A stretch of 34,879 nucleotides of DNA from a virus (IMGVR_UViG_3300008255_000286:1-34879); one strand, 5' to 3'; numbered from the stretch's first letter, positions 27,096 through 34,622 are shown. The notes: generated from the letters alone by a model not told the origin. Numbers and translations are program-made.

Positions 27096-27124
27096 ATTAT
27101 ACCATATTTTACTATGTTTGTAAA
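27096..27124 (-). promoter_or_regulatory. Sigma70-type promoter, leaderless
   Basis: TTTACA-N17-TATAAT, 6 nt before the ATG at 27089. Confidence 0.75.
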
Positions 27125-27127
27125 ATG

Positions 27128-27413
27128 TCACCTGTTAACTCTCGCTTCTTTCGAATGAGAATAACCAATCTTAGCCTTTTTTATTTTATCTATTGTACTC
27201 TGAGAAAACTTCAAATTTTTTCTTGCAAGAGAGATATTTTTTTTTATGTGAATCAGAAAGTATTTTACCTTTACTGCTATGACTAACATTTGCGCCAAAT
27301 TGTGAATGTTTGCATTTTCCTTTCTGAGCTAATGAAATCTTAAATCGGGTTAGTGCGCTAACTACTCGACCAGTCATTTTCTTTTTAATCTTTAATTTTG
27401 TTTCTTCTGTCAT
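27128..27413 (-). pseudogene. NUMOD3-repeat remnant of a homing endonuclease
   Basis: MTEETKLKI.. repeats continue in a shifted frame after an A9 run (27237-27245) as NISLARKNLKFSQSTIDKIKKAKIGYSHSKEAR; no nuclease domain. Confidence 0.55.
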
Positions 27414-27414
27414 A

Positions 27415-28626
27415 TTATTCTTTATCATTCCTGAAACGCTTGAAAACGGGAAATCTTAAAGTGCCTTCTAGTGTGAATTCCTGATACTTCACTTCAATCA
27501 TTCGACCAATGAGAGTGTCTTTGTTTTTCCAGAATTCTTGTCGTTCTACTTCTGTCAATCCTGACCCTACTTGAACTATATTTGCGTTAGGCAATTCACA
27601 TATAAATGCACCGAGCATGTTTGTATATTTGCCAAGTCCTTCTTGCACACTAACAATTCTGATGTCAATATCATTGCAGGGTTTCATCTTCATCCATGAG
27701 TAGCTTCTTTTGAATTCATACATCGCTCCGAGGTCTTTCACCATGATTCCTTCTTGCCCTGCTTCTAATTGAGATGTGTAAAACGCTTTTAGTTCGTTTT
27801 CGTCATCGGCATATCGATGTGTGACTATTCTCAGATGAGTCAATTCGAGTTGGTCTATTCTCTTCTTGATGTCGTCAAGAGAAGCTAATCTCTCACGAAA
27901 CGTCTTCGTAGTATCCATGACATCGAAGATGTTGTAGACAGCGTCTTTTGCCAATTCTATACCATCTTCTTTCCTTGACAGAGTTCTCATAAGATTCTGG
28001 AAGTGACCCATCGTGATTTCTCCGTCGAAGCGAACGTCAAGATTCAACTTCTTCAGTTCTTCTGCGATTGTCGGGTAGTTCCTGAACTCTTTCATATTAC
28101 GTGAATAGAGCTTCAGCTCTACTCCCTCTCTAACAGTGATGCATCTGATACCGTCCAACTTCGTGTCGACGTATACAGGGAATGAAACTCTCTTCGGGTC
28201 ATATTTCATTGCTGACATACAGAAGTCGTCAGGCAACAATCCCGGGTACACGCTGTTGATTACACGTGTCCCAGCGCCGATACGCAAATCTTTCTTTAAG
28301 GTATTCATTAGCAATTCGCCGTACTCTTCAGTCGACTCATTCATGAGCTCCAAAATCGCTTCTTTTGCTGCGTTGCCAGTGACGAGTCTGCTAGACAGCT
28401 GAGCAAGTAACACGAAGTATCTAGCGAACCATTCTGTTGCATCGATATGCTGAACGTGCTTCACGTCTGATGTGTCCAACTTGTGGACGCCATAGGTGAT
28501 GAAATGATTGTAAGCAGCGTTGAAAACTTTTGCTAGCAACTCAGACCTCGTCTCCTTTAAGATTCTCTTTTTCTCATTCGAAGAGTCAGTCGCTGCTAAC
28601 GCCTTGAGTGTTTCGGGTATGTTCAT
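27415..28626 (-). CDS. ATP-dependent DNA ligase
   Basis: TKLDGIR, FDGEI, YNIFD, EGIMVK, WMKMK, VGSG and LRFPVF. Confidence 0.95.
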   Translation of the reverse strand: MNIPETLKALAATDSSNEKKRILKETRSELLAKVFNAAYNHFITYGVHKLDTSDVKHVQHIDATEWFARYFVLLAQLSSRLVTGNAAKEAILELMNESTEEYGELLMNTLKKDLRIGAGTRVINSVYPGLLPDDFCMSAMKYDPKRVSFPVYVDTKLDGIRCITVREGVELKLYSRNMKEFRNYPTIAEELKKLNLDVRFDGEITMGHFQNLMRTLSRKEDGIELAKDAVYNIFDVMDTTKTFRERLASLDDIKKRIDQLELTHLRIVTHRYADDENELKAFYTSQLEAGQEGIMVKDLGAMYEFKRSYSWMKMKPCNDIDIRIVSVQEGLGKYTNMLGAFICELPNANIVQVGSGLTEVERQEFWKNKDTLIGRMIEVKYQEFTLEGTLRFPVFKRFRNDKE

Positions 28627-28877
28627 GATTTCATTTCCAACTCTTCATACATGTACGTCGGTTCGACTCCTGCTCGTACTTCGTAGTCTCGATACTGAGC
28701 GTCTACGCCCTCGTAGTATTTGAAAGTCTTCGTTCCCTTGAAGAAAGTCTCGTATACGTCTTTAGCAAACGAACGAATCAATTCGTCTTTCATCTTGTCT
28801 CCAGTTGGCTGGCAATCCATCAATGTTCCTGCATTGCCACCGAGACCCGTATGTGCAGCAGCTCCTCTGTATTTCAT
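28623..28877 (-). CDS. Hypothetical protein
   Basis: 84 aa with ATGA overlaps on both sides. Confidence 0.55.
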   Translation of the reverse strand: MKYRGAAAHTGLGGNAGTLMDCQPTGDKMKDELIRSFAKDVYETFFKGTKTFKYYEGVDAQYRDYEVRAGVEPTYMYEELEMKS

Positions 28878-29029
28878 ATTTTTTCTATTTCATACACACT
28901 CATGCTGTCACCGAAACAGTTTCCTCGACCAATACATAATGCAATCTCTTTAGCTTCTTCCGCTGTCTCTGCTTCGACTTCTTCAGTATGCAAAGTGTTG
29001 CATTCTAATGTGACTGAATACTTTTTCAT
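28874..29029 (-). CDS. Small phage protein (DpnD/PcfM-like, 51 aa)
   Basis: My translation MKKYSVTLECNTLHTEEVEAETAEEAKEIA...; ATGA overlaps at both ends. Confidence 0.55.
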   Translation of the reverse strand: MKKYSVTLECNTLHTEEVEAETAEEAKEIALCIGRGNCFGDSMSVYEIEKI

Positions 29030-29211
29030 AGTGTCTTTCTAATTTTTTCGATTACTTCTTCAAAATGTTTCTTGCAATACTGTTCGTTGTCTGTGTGTAC
29101 GACTGGCAGATTGCTCATGAAGTACTTCTTGTTCGGGTCTCTTGTGAAGACGTTGATTCGATACGGCTTCTTCAAGAGTATTCTGCATTTGTTGCAATAC
29201 CATCTAGTCAT
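29026..29211 (-). CDS. Small Cys/His-containing hypothetical protein
   Basis: CNKC and YCKKH. Confidence 0.5.
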   Translation of the reverse strand: MTRWYCNKCRILLKKPYRINVFTRDPNKKYFMSNLPVVHTDNEQYCKKHFEEVIEKIRKTL

Positions 29212-29290
29212 AGTTCGTCAATATAAGTTGCTGCCTCACCTGTGCTTTCGTAGCGTCTTAGTAATCTCGATGTCACGTGATCGACCTTTC

Positions 29291-29410
29291 TCATATCCGC
29301 ATTTTTTTTTTTGCATTTATGCCAATCCAATTGTCCTGAGCAACTATTTCTTTTGCTCTTGTGGATTTTCCTGATGCGGGTAGACCGCTTAGCATTACAA
29401 GTTTTGACAT
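29291..29410 (-). pseudogene. Truncated P-loop kinase (polynucleotide kinase PseT-like N-terminus)
   Basis: MSKLVMLSGLPASGKSTRAKEIVAQDNWIGIN, then an A11 run and a stop. Confidence 0.65.
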
Positions 29411-29411
29411 A

Positions 29412-29645
29412 TTATTTTGAATTGACTGTGACGCTCTTAAGAGCGCTTCCGACGAGCATGAGAATTAAAATGATTCCGAAACTTTGCTTATACGTGAGTG
29501 TTGTTATTTTGAAAGCATCGACTATTGCCCAATTCCACAATCCCTGGAACGCCCAAGCGAGAATGGCTGTGATTCCTATGAAAATCGATAACCACACTGC
29601 TACGAGAATGACTACTCCGACTCCAGCATAACAAAGATTTTTCAT
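29412..29645 (-). CDS. Small membrane protein
   Basis: Two hydrophobic segments; promoter directly upstream. Confidence 0.7.
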   Translation of the reverse strand: MKNLCYAGVGVVILVAVWLSIFIGITAILAWAFQGLWNWAIVDAFKITTLTYKQSFGIILILMLVGSALKSVTVNSK

Positions 29646-29651
29646 ATTTAC

Positions 29652-29680
29652 ATTATACCATATTATTCTATGTGTGTAAA
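29652..29680 (-). promoter_or_regulatory. Sigma70-type promoter, leaderless
   Basis: TTTACA-N17-TATAAT, 6 nt before the ATG at 29645. Confidence 0.75.
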
Positions 29681-29792
29681 GGATGCTATGTTAACAACCC
29701 AGAATCTCTCCCAGATTTTTCGGCTAAATGTCCCTTAAGACAAGTCGTTCTACGTTCATGCCACTTGTTCTTAAATCACGTCAAGAATATAG

Positions 29793-29927
29793 TCACTTTC
29801 TAACTCTTTTCTCCATTCTTCTGAGTTCATCATGTTCTCGTAAAATGCGGACATTCTCATTTTCAGGGTACGTCTGTTCTGAGATGAGTCCTTTTTCGAT
29901 GTAGGGTTTAATCTTGTCGTATTTCAT
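29793..29927 (-). pseudogene. Possible N-terminal remnant of an Rnl1-type RNA ligase
   Basis: MKYDKIKPYIEKGLISEQTYPENENVRI resembles, from memory, the N-termini of phage Rnl1-like ligases; it ends after 44 aa. Confidence 0.3.
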
Positions 29928-30345
29928 CGTAACAATAAATTCCGTTGATATGGTCGATTTCGTGCTGGAACATAAATGAGGGATTGCTTGACAACGTGAC
30001 TGTTTCTCTCTCCGTTAATTCACCGTCTTCAATCGTCTGACACTTGACGTCGATCTTGTGTCTCCGCTGCTTTTTGATTCCAGTTCTGTCTGGGAATGTC
30101 ATACAACCCTCTCCACAGTCTACCCAGTAGTTAGTGAATCTAGTGATGACTGGGTTGACAACGATGTCCCAGTCTGCTGTCAAAAAGAAAGCAAGAGGGT
30201 CGTTGTCGTCTACTTGCGAGTGAGCAAGCGCTAGAGTATCTTTCGTGAAGAGCTTCTTCATTTCTTCCACGTCTGCTAGAACTCTGCTGACATCTGCATC
30301 TGTGACGGGTCGACTTTTCAGTCTGTGCTCCTTGACTATTTCCAT
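29908..30345 (-). CDS. def: Peptide deformylase
   Basis: EGCMT and FQHEIDHING; motif 1 is degenerate (LALAHSQ). Confidence 0.85.
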   Translation of the reverse strand: MEIVKEHRLKSRPVTDADVSRVLADVEEMKKLFTKDTLALAHSQVDDNDPLAFFLTADWDIVVNPVITRFTNYWVDCGEGCMTFPDRTGIKKQRRHKIDVKCQTIEDGELTERETVTLSSNPSFMFQHEIDHINGIYCYDEIRQD

Positions 30346-30346
30346 A

Positions 30347-30556
30347 TCACAAATTTGTGTTTCTCATAATAAACTTCTCTTTGTATGCGCAAACTGGGCG
30401 ATATCCTTGTTTGAAAGCTTCTTCAACTGCTTTTTCAAAGGTGTAGCCAGCAGACGGGAACGACGTATCTCGATTCGGAAAACTCCAGATTGCTACTCCG
30501 AAGTGTCCTAATTCGATGATTTGAATGTATTCTGTTTTGTCTTCCCATTCATTCAT
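30347..30556 (-). CDS. Hypothetical protein
   Basis: Start set to the ATG 6 nt after the -10 box. Confidence 0.55.
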   Translation of the reverse strand: MNEWEDKTEYIQIIELGHFGVAIWSFPNRDTSFPSAGYTFEKAVEEAFKQGYRPVCAYKEKFIMRNTNL

Positions 30557-30562
30557 ATTCAT

Positions 30563-30591
30563 ATTATACCATATCGTTCTATGAATGTAAA
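30563..30591 (-). promoter_or_regulatory. Sigma70-type promoter, leaderless
   Basis: TTTACA-N17-TATAAT (TGgTATAAT). Confidence 0.75.
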
Positions 30592-30608
30592 ACGACTAGT
30601 GTTAACAA

Positions 30609-30917
30609 CTACTTCTTCTTTTCGTGTTCAACATACACCTTCAGAATCATAGCATAATTTGAGAGGTCTGCTATCGTATCAGCAATCGTCTCGTCCTTGA
30701 CATTCGCTTCTTTATTCAGAAGATTAGAAATTCGAGTCATCTTGTCAGTCATTCTGACCAGAATCCCTATCTCTACAGGAATACCGAATGCTGTACAGGC
30801 ACGAAAGTTCTGGAATGCGTCATCATCTACAGAATAGTCAGCATTCTTTGCTCGAGCGATATCTAGATTCTTAGCGAATCCAGCTTCCATGTGTTTCAGA
30901 AATGTTTTTTGATTCAT
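30609..30917 (-). CDS. DUF1599/nucleotide-modification-associated domain protein
   Basis: KNADYS..AFQNF..GILVRMTDKMTRISNL..DETIADTIADLSNYA. Confidence 0.75.
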   Translation of the reverse strand: MNQKTFLKHMEAGFAKNLDIARAKNADYSVDDDAFQNFRACTAFGIPVEIGILVRMTDKMTRISNLLNKEANVKDETIADTIADLSNYAMILKVYVEHEKKK

Positions 30918-30918
30918 A

Positions 30919-31107
30919 TTATTTTCTTCGATTAGTAGGGCACTGACCCCGATGATGCCACCAAAGTATAGTGCCATCGCTAAGAGTCGTGATTGTTGCT
31001 AATGTGATGTCAATATCGTACTTTCCGCCGCAATGAAGACAGCCCACCTCGAAAAGATCGCTTTCTGCGAAGCCTTTCGGTAGTGAGCTGTTCTTCTTAT
31101 CTATCAT
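30919..31107 (-). CDS. Small hypothetical protein
   Basis: MIDKKNS...CLHC...HHRGQC; fits between its neighbours. Confidence 0.4.
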   Translation of the reverse strand: MIDKKNSSLPKGFAESDLFEVGCLHCGGKYDIDITLATITTLSDGTILWWHHRGQCPTNRRK

Positions 31108-31400
31108 CAAGATTCCGTAGCCAGTAAATACTCGTTCGAAATTGCTTTGAATGAGAACCGAGTATCGTGTTCGTCTACTTTCATTGTTGATTCGACCACT
31201 GGGCGAATGACGATGCCTTCTCGTTTCGCAGTCGGACAAATTTGACTATTGCTTTCTGCTAGAACAAGAATCTCTTCGACTGTTGCAGGAAGCGGCATTT
31301 CCCGAATGATAATCGGAACGGTCTTCATTCCCAATTTTGCTACTTCACTCTCAAGCACTGCTAGAGGTACGAAGTCTTGTCTGGCGATTTCGAAGGATTT
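31107..31400 (-). pseudogene. C-terminal remnant of an RNA ligase (Rnl2/DRB0094-like)
   Basis: VPII, REGIVIRP and FSFKAISNEYLL (motifs IV/V); no KxDG motif I and no proper start. Confidence 0.65.
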
Positions 31401-31430
31401 GTTTGCGTCTGCGCGCTGCCAAAGCGTTGC

Positions 31431-31670
31431 TTAATTATCTCCGAGATGTGTTTCATCATGGTCTTTTTTCTTAGTCTCAATCTTCATTTCTCTACAAAAG
31501 ATAACGACTCTCTGGTTGAGCGCAGTTATTTCTAAACTGTCACCCGGCTTGAGAGTCGTCAGTGCTTTTGCAATAGTTTGGGCAGTATCGAACGAGATGA
31601 CAACTTTAGTTGTCTCGAGTTCATGTTCTTTTTTTCTGAAGAGTGTGCTTGACATCGTTAGAATTCTCAT
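31431..31670 (-). CDS. Hypothetical protein
   Basis: ORF in the small-gene cluster; start uncertain. Confidence 0.45.
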   Translation of the reverse strand: MRILTMSSTLFRKKEHELETTKVVISFDTAQTIAKALTTLKPGDSLEITALNQRVVIFCREMKIETKKKDHDETHLGDN

Positions 31671-31902
31671 GATACGTTATGCTCGGATTGTTAGTTTTTA
31701 TCATTTTTGCGAATTTTCGCATATCTTCCATTTGTTTTTTCTCGGTTTTGCCTACTATTACATATCCAATGAGTGCAAATATTCCTAGAAAGAAACCGAG
31801 TACTGCACCAAGGGTCGTATTGCGTCCTCGCTTCTCTGCCATTTTGTACCCTGCGAGTGCGAATAGTCCCCATATTATTAACATTATTATTATGACTTCC
31901 AT
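31621..31902 (-). CDS. Small membrane protein
   Basis: TM-AEKRGR-TM architecture. Confidence 0.65.
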   Translation of the reverse strand: MEVIIIMLIIWGLFALAGYKMAEKRGRNTTLGAVLGFFLGIFALIGYVIVGKTEKKQMEDMRKFAKMIKTNNPSITYHENSNDVKHTLQKKRT

Positions 31903-31966
31903 AGTTGTTGTTTAGTTTTTTAATTACCTACATAGTCTTGTCAAACTGTCTATCCTGTGATGTGTA

Positions 31967-32407
31967 TTATTTAGTCTTACGACGAGTGGGTGGCTTCTTC
32001 TCTGTGTCAGTCAATTTGTCGTTCAGTATCTGTCGCTCTGGCACTGAGAAGAGACTGAGATTTTCGTGGAAGAGGTCTACGTTTTTCTCATCTACTATTC
32101 TTTGCATCAATTGATTTTTGTCCATCGAGACTTCTCCAGGGAGAATCTCAAGTGACGATGCTTCGTTGATGAGTTCGTCGACAGGTTTGAAAGCGTACTT
32201 TCTCAAATGCCATGCCGATATCTCCACCTGTCTCTTCGTCGGGTCCTTCAGGAGAGCCCTACTGGCCTCTTGGAGAGCTTCTTCGAGAGAGTATGCCATG
32301 CCCAAATGCAGATACGCCATGACTCCGCAATCCAATTCGATTGCATACACCTTCGGCTTCACTATCCGCTTCTTTATTGTCGAGACTAATTTTTGTAATG
32401 TTGTCAT
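31967..32407 (-). CDS. Hypothetical protein
   Basis: 146 aa; TGaTAGAAT box 6 nt upstream of the ATG. Confidence 0.65.
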   Translation of the reverse strand: MTTLQKLVSTIKKRIVKPKVYAIELDCGVMAYLHLGMAYSLEEALQEASRALLKDPTKRQVEISAWHLRKYAFKPVDELINEASSLEILPGEVSMDKNQLMQRIVDEKNVDLFHENLSLFSVPERQILNDKLTDTEKKPPTRRKTK

Positions 32408-32468
32408 GTGTCTATTCTATCATTTTTGACAATGGGCGATACTTTGATACTACCAATCGACCGTTAGC

Positions 32469-33090
32469 AAGTGGGTTATGTCCACTATTCTGCCCGAAGG
32501 CAGAAGACTGTACACAACTGCTCTTCTCTTTTATTCTCACTTCTAGACGTCGCAGCACTTCTCGTCACGAAAGTATGCTAAGCTGTCTGGTGAGTTTCGC
32601 TCACCCCTCTGCTCGAAAGCAGAGGGCTATTCGAAACTCAGCGTAGGTTGGCTTTTCTTTTCTCAACCTGGCGTATCTCTACCACGCGCAACTTAACCGT
32701 TTTGGTGAGTTCTGCTCACCTCTCTAGCCGAAGCCAGAGAGCTATTCAGAACATTTCTTCATTTCGCGCGGCGTAGCGATTCGTAGCTTTTCTTCGCTAA
32801 ACAGGATTGGTGAGTTCTGCCCACCCTTCTAGCCGAAGCCAGAAGGCTACTCAGAACTCTACGACTCTCCACAAAACGTCGATGTACCGCTACGTTGCAA
32901 GTCTACTCTAAACTCATTAGTGGGTTTTGCCCACTCCTCTGGCCGAAGCTAGAAGACTGATCGAAACGCCACGAAACTTCTGTTCACGTCTTCACTCGAT
33001 ACTAGTCTACTCGCCATTCTACGTCAGTAGGCAGTCTTGGTGAACTATACTGTCCACCAGTTTGCTCCCTCTCTCGAAGGAGCAACGTTG
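32469..33090 (-). ncRNA. Putative guide-RNA array (VIPR-like): five units of pentamer tract + double hairpin, plus a leader hairpin unit
   Basis: Conserved hairpin cores begin at 32469, 32588, 32703, 32808, 32918 and 33038. The tracts between them have C at position 2 in 65 of 74 plus-strand pentamers (my count). UUCG loops and G-U pairs indicate minus-strand RNA. Confidence 0.85.
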
Positions 33091-33097
33091 GTAGGCA

Positions 33098-33376
33098 CTA
33101 TGGCCTGCTGGCTTTCCTTATCTTCTTTTGTACCGCTTCTTTGAGCAAGCGCTGAGTGTTCCTATACCCGAACATTCGTACTGCGCTGAGCTTCGTTTTT
33201 GCGGTGTTGATGTGAAGGTTCCCGAAGCCGATAACTAATCGTTGCTTCTTGATGTCTTCTTCTGTGTAGGGCTCTTTCTTCAACGACTCCGCTCTATTGA
33301 TTGAAGCGTCGAAGAGTCCATTTGTGCGTCCTACGTCCATCACTGCGTCTACATCTGAGATACTTTTTTCGCTCAT
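33098..33376 (-). CDS. Hypothetical 92-aa protein between the RAMP-like gene and the array
   Basis: Starts 4 nt after the RAMP-like gene's stop; its own stop is directly followed by the array. Confidence 0.65.
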   Translation of the reverse strand: MSEKSISDVDAVMDVGRTNGLFDASINRAESLKKEPYTEEDIKKQRLVIGFGNLHINTAKTKLSAVRMFGYRNTQRLLKEAVQKKIRKASRP

Positions 33377-33380
33377 AATG

Positions 33381-33929
33381 TTATTTTACATCTGTGAACT
33401 CTACTAATTCGAATCGACCGAATCGAGGCCTGTATGACCCGATACCTTTGTGCAATCCAGCATACTCAATGATTTGTTTTATCACATCCAAGTCTGCTCT
33501 GTCGTCCAGAACATCCATGTTGAATGATAAACTCCACTCGTTGAGTCTTGGTCTATAGCACATCATTCTTCCACGAGTAGAAGGATTGACTGCTGCTCTA
33601 GCATCTACAATCCATTCTTGATTTTCGTGAGTAAGATACTCTTCGTCTATAAAGCAAGCGCTTTGAACGATTTCTTTATATGACTTCTTACCCGACCCAG
33701 CCAATTTGAACTCAGTGGCTGACTTTGCGAATGCCATCTCAAGATGTATTGAAGGTTGCTTGAGAACGCCTTTTTCGTCCGTATACAAGTATTGGCTCGC
33801 AATCTCTCTTTGCGCTTCAGGAGTCTGCGCTTTATCACCAGCCCGCTTGTTCGTCTTCAAAAGTTTCTCTTCGCTAAACTTATGCATCAGGAGAGGAGCA
33901 ATTCCTCTAATCTTTACATGTACTTTCAT
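33381..33929 (-). CDS. Stand-alone minimal RAMP/Cas7-like RNA-binding protein (Vipr-like)
   Basis: N-terminal beta1 VKIRGIAPLLMH, QPSIHL helix cap, RPR..W.LSF strand, and C-terminal Gly-rich loop AGLHKGIGSYRPRFGRFEL; adjacent to the array. Confidence 0.75.
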   Translation of the reverse strand: MKVHVKIRGIAPLLMHKFSEEKLLKTNKRAGDKAQTPEAQREIASQYLYTDEKGVLKQPSIHLEMAFAKSATEFKLAGSGKKSYKEIVQSACFIDEEYLTHENQEWIVDARAAVNPSTRGRMMCYRPRLNEWSLSFNMDVLDDRADLDVIKQIIEYAGLHKGIGSYRPRFGRFELVEFTDVK

Positions 33930-33977
33930 AACGATGGGTTATTTGTCTTCTAATAATGTCAATGTTCGACCTTTTAT

Positions 33978-34006
33978 ATTATACCATATCCTTCCACATT
34001 TGTAAA
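33978..34006 (-). promoter_or_regulatory. Sigma70-type promoter for the RAMP-like operon
   Basis: TTTACA-N17-TATAAT (TGgTATAAT), 48 nt upstream of the ATG at 33929. Confidence 0.75.
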
Positions 34007-34017
34007 CGGGGAGATGT

Positions 34018-34227
34018 TCATAACATCTTATGTTTACTTATGATTGTCGCATCTGCGGTTGCTCTCTCCAACGCTTCTTCTACTGTCGCCAACGACCTAC
34101 TCACTCTCACTCTCATCGTTGGCGTCACTCGGAAGACAGTGAAGTAGAGAAGCTTTCCGTCTTCGTCCATTCGTTCGACTTCGTAGTTGACTCTGTAGAC
34201 AGTTAGTTTTGTGATGCGAGTTTGCAT
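34018..34227 (-). CDS. Hypothetical protein
   Basis: 69-aa ORF on the dominant coding strand. Confidence 0.45.
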   Translation of the reverse strand: MQTRITKLTVYRVNYEVERMDEDGKLLYFTVFRVTPTMRVRVSRSLATVEEALERATADATIISKHKML

Positions 34228-34382
34228 AGTTAGCGATTGCTCTTTCCCTTTCCCGGACCTCCTGTTGACCCACCACCGACCGGATGAGACAAGAAATAGT
34301 TGCTAATATACTGTAACAATGCGTCTACTTTCAGTAGGACTCTAGTTTCTGCAAGATAACTTTTTATCATATGATGTGTATT

Positions 34383-34622
34383 TTAGTATTTGATAAACTG
34401 ATAATCCATAATGTCCTGGTCTGAGCAATCCGTCGTCTTTCCGCAATATTCCATGTTGAGGCGGACTCGTTGCTCATCTAGTGTTGCTTGCTGCGACTGG
34501 AGACTCGAGAGCTCTTCTTCTCTAGCATTTCGTATTCCGTTGAGTTCGTCAAGAACGAAGTAGAGCATGAACAAGCCAATGATGAAGAGAACGACGAATG
34601 TTGTTTTGCGAGATAGTTTCAT
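34383..34622 (-). CDS. Small membrane-anchored protein
   Basis: N-terminal TM helix followed by a coiled coil. Confidence 0.55.
   Translation of the reverse strand: MKLSRKTTFVVLFIIGLFMLYFVLDELNGIRNAREEELSSLQSQQATLDEQRVRLNMEYCGKTTDCSDQDIMDYQFIKY

Noticed and set aside
32341-32646. Plus-strand ORF across the array
   Set aside because: It runs through RNA hairpins and pentamer tracts, with no protein-like features.
32507-33035. Self-targeting of this window's ATPases by the decoded guides
   Set aside because: The local Walker B regions (IIADEAT, VAIDNLQ, VYVDDP) do not fit the decoded patterns; only checked by eye.
32469-33090. Canonical CRISPR array
   Set aside because: The repeats are degenerate double hairpins, the spacers are 65-80 nt with internal 5-nt periodicity, and there are no cas adaptation or effector genes.
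32469-33090. TIGR array or tRNA cluster
   Set aside because: No box C/D-like motifs or Nop-domain protein, and no cloverleaf or T-loop consensus.
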